DNA from: an uncultured virus (IMG/VR IMGVR_UViG_3300037067_008462)
Taxonomy: Duplodnaviria > Heunggongvirae > Uroviricota > Caudoviricetes
DNA: 20,000 nucleotides
Direction: 5' to 3' (one strand)
Virus record (IMG/VR): IMGVR_UViG_3300037067_008462
Below are positions 16,468 to 20,000 of the stretch, piece after piece; the stretch's first letter is position 1; every line of letters starts with the position of its first letter. Position numbers and translations under genes: made by a program. The notes beneath the pieces were generated by a model, which saw only the letters and a list, made by a program, of their open reading frames with translations, did not search any database and was not told the origin of the DNA.

Positions 16468-17963
16468 TTCAAAGTGATTTTGCGATACTTCATCCTTTTA
16501 GAACAGCATCGGCTGGATCTGCCGATCTAACTTTGCTCGGATATGTAAACCTAAGTTCTACCGGAGGTTTAATTTCTGATGCCACAATGGGATCATCTTG
16601 GAGGGCTACAATCCCAACAGAATTATTAACTTCGGTTACTGATACTGATGATTATGAAATTTTTAGGGATAATTTTGGTACAGCCGATGCAGTAGATTAT
16701 CATAACTTTGTGGATTATCATAAAGCCTATATCGTTAATTCAGGAGATGAAGATCTTCTATATCCACAAACTTCTGTTACAGGAATAACTGCCGTCACAG
16801 ACACAACTGTTACTAACATCTACTCTACATATATTGCATTAGGTCTTTGTGATAATTCCGATTATTCTGAGAGATCGGCTCTAGCAACCGCCAATGATTA
16901 TGCTGACGGCACCAGAGAAGGTTTTCCTCGTATTACATTTAGCAATTCGGTTGATACTACAGGATTAACCGACACTAAAGTTGCAGAAAGTATTGCAAGA
17001 GTAGGAGATGGTAGTGATGCATTGGTTGGCGCTCATCGTATCATTCGTAGTATCGATCAAGATGCACCACTCTATCTTAATAGAAAATATATAAAAATAG
17101 AATGGACAGGAACTGTATCTACTCCTGTATATGTGTATGTAATAGGAGAAACAAATAAAGCAGGAGTTTTAGGTAGAGTTCTAGTTAATGGAACAGATAG
17201 CGGTAACGAAAAAGTACTTGATGCAACAGATGATACAAGTGATGTTACTTTCCATAAAATTTATGGTGTCTTTTGTATTGATCAAGCTTCCCCGATTAAT
17301 TGTTGGAATGATATTGTAAGATCTAAATTAGTAGGTCCAGATCAAGACCTTACGGTTAAGTATAGATCTTCAACAGATGCAGATGATCCCGCAAATTGGT
17401 ACACCTGGACTGAATTTAAAACCTACACTACTGGTGATAGGTGTCCTATTTCTTTAACATTCTTTGATGAACGTATTATTTATTACGGTACTAATGAATA
17501 TCTTATTAATAATTTCAAAGCTACCAGTGATTATGGTTTACAACAAACTCGTAACCCAACCACTACCTATTCAACCAAATTGCTTGAAGCTCAAGGAACC
17601 TTTACTGTAGACGGTACCGATTCTACTATAGCTTATGTTGATTTTGCCTCAGATGAAGACACTAGTACTATCAGTCTAGGAGATAGAGTCTTAGGGATTC
17701 ATCCAACTTCCGGTGTTTGTTACGATCTCGGATGGGTTACTCATGTCGGTGAATCTCCCTCATATTCAACTTTAACTGTTTCATTATTCCCAAGCGATTC
17801 AGCTAATCCAACTTATATTACACCAGCGACAGTATTAACTGTAAAAGTATACAAAGGGCAACAGTCTCGTACTGCTTTATGGTTTAGAAGAGAGGCCGCT
17901 TGTCAGGCTACCAATCCCGCTAACAGTGAAACTCAATTTTTCTGGAAGTTGTACGGAACATAA
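16461..17963 (+). CDS. Virion structural protein, baseplate/fibre-associated (500 aa, Thr/Asp-rich beta protein)
   Basis: GGAG SD, overlap with the HNH stop, beta-rich composition, and position between wedge and fibre genes. Confidence 0.55.
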   Translation: MLIQSDFAILHPFRTASAGSADLTLLGYVNLSSTGGLISDATMGSSWRATIPTELLTSVTDTDDYEIFRDNFGTADAVDYHNFVDYHKAYIVNSGDEDLLYPQTSVTGITAVTDTTVTNIYSTYIALGLCDNSDYSERSALATANDYADGTREGFPRITFSNSVDTTGLTDTKVAESIARVGDGSDALVGAHRIIRSIDQDAPLYLNRKYIKIEWTGTVSTPVYVYVIGETNKAGVLGRVLVNGTDSGNEKVLDATDDTSDVTFHKIYGVFCIDQASPINCWNDIVRSKLVGPDQDLTVKYRSSTDADDPANWYTWTEFKTYTTGDRCPISLTFFDERIIYYGTNEYLINNFKATSDYGLQQTRNPTTTYSTKLLEAQGTFTVDGTDSTIAYVDFASDEDTSTISLGDRVLGIHPTSGVCYDLGWVTHVGESPSYSTLTVSLFPSDSANPTYITPATVLTVKVYKGQQSRTALWFRREAACQATNPANSETQFFWKLYGT

Positions 17964-18002
17964 TATATATGCCTCCACTAAATAATAAAAAAGGTAATTG
18001 AG

Positions 18003-18242
18003 ATGTCAGAAACACAGCAAACACCAATAACAACCAGATTTAAAATATCTATGTTTGCCTTAAAATTGTTTGCAATTATCTCTGTTGTTGTCATTGCTAC
18101 AGATAGTTATCTTATGATTATAGGGAAAATAGCAGAATATAGTAATGTTTCTCTTATGATTATGGGTGGTTTAATTGGTTTCTTTAACAATATGGTCGGC
18201 GCATATGTGGAGAGCAAGAAAAAGGAAGATCAGGTCTCATAA
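18003..18242 (+). CDS. Small two-transmembrane protein, holin-like
   Basis: 79 aa with two hydrophobic segments (MFALKLFAIISVVVIATDSYLMII; VSLMIMGGLIGFFNNMVGAYV) and a charged C-terminal tail (ESKKKEDQVS). SD AAGGT. Confidence 0.5.
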   Translation: MSETQQTPITTRFKISMFALKLFAIISVVVIATDSYLMIIGKIAEYSNVSLMIMGGLIGFFNNMVGAYVESKKKEDQVS

Positions 18243-20000
18243 GTGACAGATCGTTTTAATAAAGATATCATCCCGCACAGTTTTTTAGATATAGATTCTA
18301 GCTTCGATATTTCGACCGAAGATAGAGACTTATTCGATATCACGCAACCCTATGCGATGACTGAATTAAGTTCAGACATCACGGCAAGTGATATAAGTAT
18401 TCCATTAGATGATATCACTCAATTTTATCCCCCTGACATTCCGGCTTCTATAGAAGCTCCCGGTGGTGTACCTACCGCGAGTTCAAAATGGGGAAGAACC
18501 GTTTTACAATTTCAAAGCGGGGAAATTGTATTAATTGAAGGATTTACCTCTACAACGGGAACAGCAGGAACAGCTCACGTAGCTGTTCGTTCTCCTGAAA
18601 ATGGACGCGGACTTGTTAATACAACTGCCGCTATTCACTACGCAGGTGAAAGAGTTTATTGTTTAGTTAGTTCAATCTCACATATTATTCTAACAAAATC
18701 AATTCAACAAATTCAACAAGAGTTAATTAATTATTTTAATTATACAACGGGACATGATCACTCTGGCTCTCAATTAGCCCAACCTCTATCTTCTGCTGGT
18801 CTTAAAGCAGATTCTGTAACAGAAACTAAAATAGTTACAGGGGCAGTTACAACCTCCAAGATTGCTAATGCGGCAGTAGATATTAATAAACTTGGTATAT
18901 CAGGGACTCCTAGTACAGGAAAATTTATTTCTTATTCATCCACAGCCCCTACTGGTTTAGCCTGGGATTACACTACTGGAATATCAGGTACGTCTGGTTA
19001 TAGTGGTGGTTCTGGTACTAGTGGCTTTTCTGGGCCTGCTGGTGGTGTATCTGGAACTTCTGGCTTTAGTGGAAGCAGTACTAGTGGTTTTAGTGGAACA
19101 TCTGGTACCTCCGGTCAAGACGGTCTTTCGGGGACCAGTGGTACGTCCGGTGCCGGTCTCTCTGGTACAAGTGGTACTAGTGGTACCTCCGGGAAATCGG
19201 GAGCAAGTGTTAGTGGTACCTCTGGGACATCTGGTTATAGCGGTACTTCAGGTACCTCTGGTTTTAGCGGTAATAGTACTAGCGGTACTTCAGGTACTTC
19301 TGGTCAAAACGGTCTCTCCGGTACAAGCGGTACGTCAGGTGCAGGACTCTCCGGTACTAGTGGTGCAAACGGTTTAAGCGGAACATCCGGAACCTCCGGT
19401 GCCGGTCTCTCAGGTACCTCTGGTACATCCGGTTTTAGTGGTAACAGTACTAGCGGTTATAGTGGCACCAGTGGTACCTCTGGTCAAAACGGTCTCTCCG
19501 GTACAAGCGGTACATCTGGTGCCGGTTTATCTGGTACATCTGGTACCTCCGGTTTCAGCGGTGATAGTACTAGCGGTACTTCTGGTACTTCTGGTTTTAG
19601 TGGTGATGCGGGTGCTGACGGTCTCTCCGGTACAAGCGGAACCTCCGGTGCCGGTTTATCCGGTACTAGTGGTACTTCCGGTTTCAGTGGCAACAGCACT
19701 AGTGGTACATCCGGTACTTCTGGTCAAAACGGTCTCTCAGGCACAAGCGGTACATCTGGTGCCGGTCTCTCCGGTACATCCGGTACCTCCGGTACATCAG
19801 GTGCCGGTTTATCCGGTACTAGTGGTACTTCCGGTTTCAGTGGAGACAGCACTAGTGGTACTTCCGGTACCTCCGGCCAAGACGGTCTTTCGGGCACAAG
19901 CGGTACATCAGGTGCTGGTCTCTCGGGCACAAGCGGTACATCAGGTGCCGGTCTCTCTGGTACATCTGGCACTTCGGGTCAAGATGGTCTTGCGGGCACA
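18243..20000 (+). CDS. Tail fibre-like protein with Gly-X-Y (GTS) repeats, 3'-truncated; absent from the ORF track
   Basis: GTG at 18243, directly after the upstream TAA, opens a frame with no stop to base 20000 (586 codons): MTDRFNKDIIPHSFLDID...RGLVNTTAAIHYAGERV...GHDHSG...AVTTSKIANAAV...GLAWDYTTGISGTSGYSG... Confidence 0.88.
   Translation, partial: MTDRFNKDIIPHSFLDIDSSFDISTEDRDLFDITQPYAMTELSSDITASDISIPLDDITQFYPPDIPASIEAPGGVPTASSKWGRTVLQFQSGEIVLIEGFTSTTGTAGTAHVAVRSPENGRGLVNTTAAIHYAGERVYCLVSSISHIILTKSIQQIQQELINYFNYTTGHDHSGSQLAQPLSSAGLKADSVTETKIVTGAVTTSKIANAAVDINKLGISGTPSTGKFISYSSTAPTGLAWDYTTGISGTSGYSGGSGTSGFSGPAGGVSGTSGFSGSSTSGFSGTSGTSGQDGLSGTSGTSGAGLSGTSGTSGTSGKSGASVSGTSGTSGYSGTSGTSGFSGNSTSGTSGTSGQNGLSGTSGTSGAGLSGTSGANGLSGTSGTSGAGLSGTSGTSGFSGNSTSGYSGTSGTSGQNGLSGTSGTSGAGLSGTSGTSGFSGDSTSGTSGTSGFSGDAGADGLSGTSGTSGAGLSGTSGTSGFSGNSTSGTSGTSGQNGLSGTSGTSGAGLSGTSGTSGTSGAGLSGTSGTSGFSGDSTSGTSGTSGQDGLSGTSGTSGAGLSGTSGTSGAGLSGTSGTSGQDGLAGT
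18978..20000 (+). repeat. Coding tandem repeat, 9-bp period, encoding (G-T-S)n with G-L-S, G-F-S, G-Y-S, G-Q-N/D variants
   Basis: Direct translation, e.g. AGLSGTSGTSGFSGNSTSGTSGTSGQNGLSGTSGTSG. GC content is higher than in the rest of the window. Confidence 0.95.

Noticed and set aside
15700..16520. Group I intron or intein housing the HNH
   Set aside because: The flanking genes overlap the HNH ORF directly and appear complete. There is no room for intron core structure, and no intein splice motifs are present.
17970..17996. Anti-SD pairing (TGCCT with AGGTA) that might repress the holin-like gene
   Set aside because: It is only 5 bp including a G-U pair, with a long loop, so it is too weak to support.
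19003..19377. Tracked 124-aa Val/Leu-rich ORF that looks like a membrane protein
   Set aside because: It is the +1 frame of the GTS repeat inside the 18243-20000 gene. The hydrophobicity follows from shifted GGT-ACT-AGT codons.
19484..19972. Two minus-strand Pro-rich ORFs (PEVPLVP repeats)
   Set aside because: They are antisense shadows of the Gly-X-Y repeat (GGT read as ACC/CCx), with no independent evidence.
18978..20000. Possible CRISPR array or non-coding repeat
   Set aside because: There are no unique spacers, the period is 9 bp, and variation is largely synonymous in an open frame, so this is a coding repeat.
1..20000. Extracellular contractile injection system (eCIS) or tailocin instead of a phage
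   Set aside because: A G/GT frameshifted chaperone, single sheath and tube genes, and a homing-type HNH favour a phage, and no Afp15-like ATPase is visible. It is not fully excluded because head genes lie outside the window.
1..20000. Stop-codon reassignment (alternative genetic code)
   Set aside because: Genes tile the window at high density in the standard code, and TAA, TAG and TGA all end genes at sensible boundaries.

Overview
The window is one + strand, almost gap-free late (structural) operon of a large contractile-tailed (myovirus-type) phage with AT-rich DNA and Shine-Dalgarno-led genes. In order: a 5'-truncated tail-completion-like gene, tail sheath, tail tube, tail assembly chaperone with a -1 frameshift on an A9 run (G/GT arrangement), an atypical acidic Pro-rich protein in the tape-measure position, baseplate hub, spike-like protein, two tube-initiator-like proteins, a LysM-like protein, a gp25-like wedge protein, baseplate J, an unknown protein, a second large wedge protein, a free-standing HNH endonuclease, a further structural protein, a 2-TM holin-like protein, and a fibre gene running off the right edge. 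The ORF track misses this last gene (GTG at 18243), which has a long, almost proline-free (Gly-Thr-Ser)n repeat. By recalled motif similarity, the sheath, tube and chaperone resemble the SPO1/Twort-like (Herelleviridae-type) tail, but they are very divergent. The most unusual observations are the apparently non-helical tape measure with a 12-13/25-26 residue repeat, the regularly interrupted GTS fibre, and one small beta module reused in three different tail proteins. All functional calls come from motifs and gene order read by eye; no database search was run.
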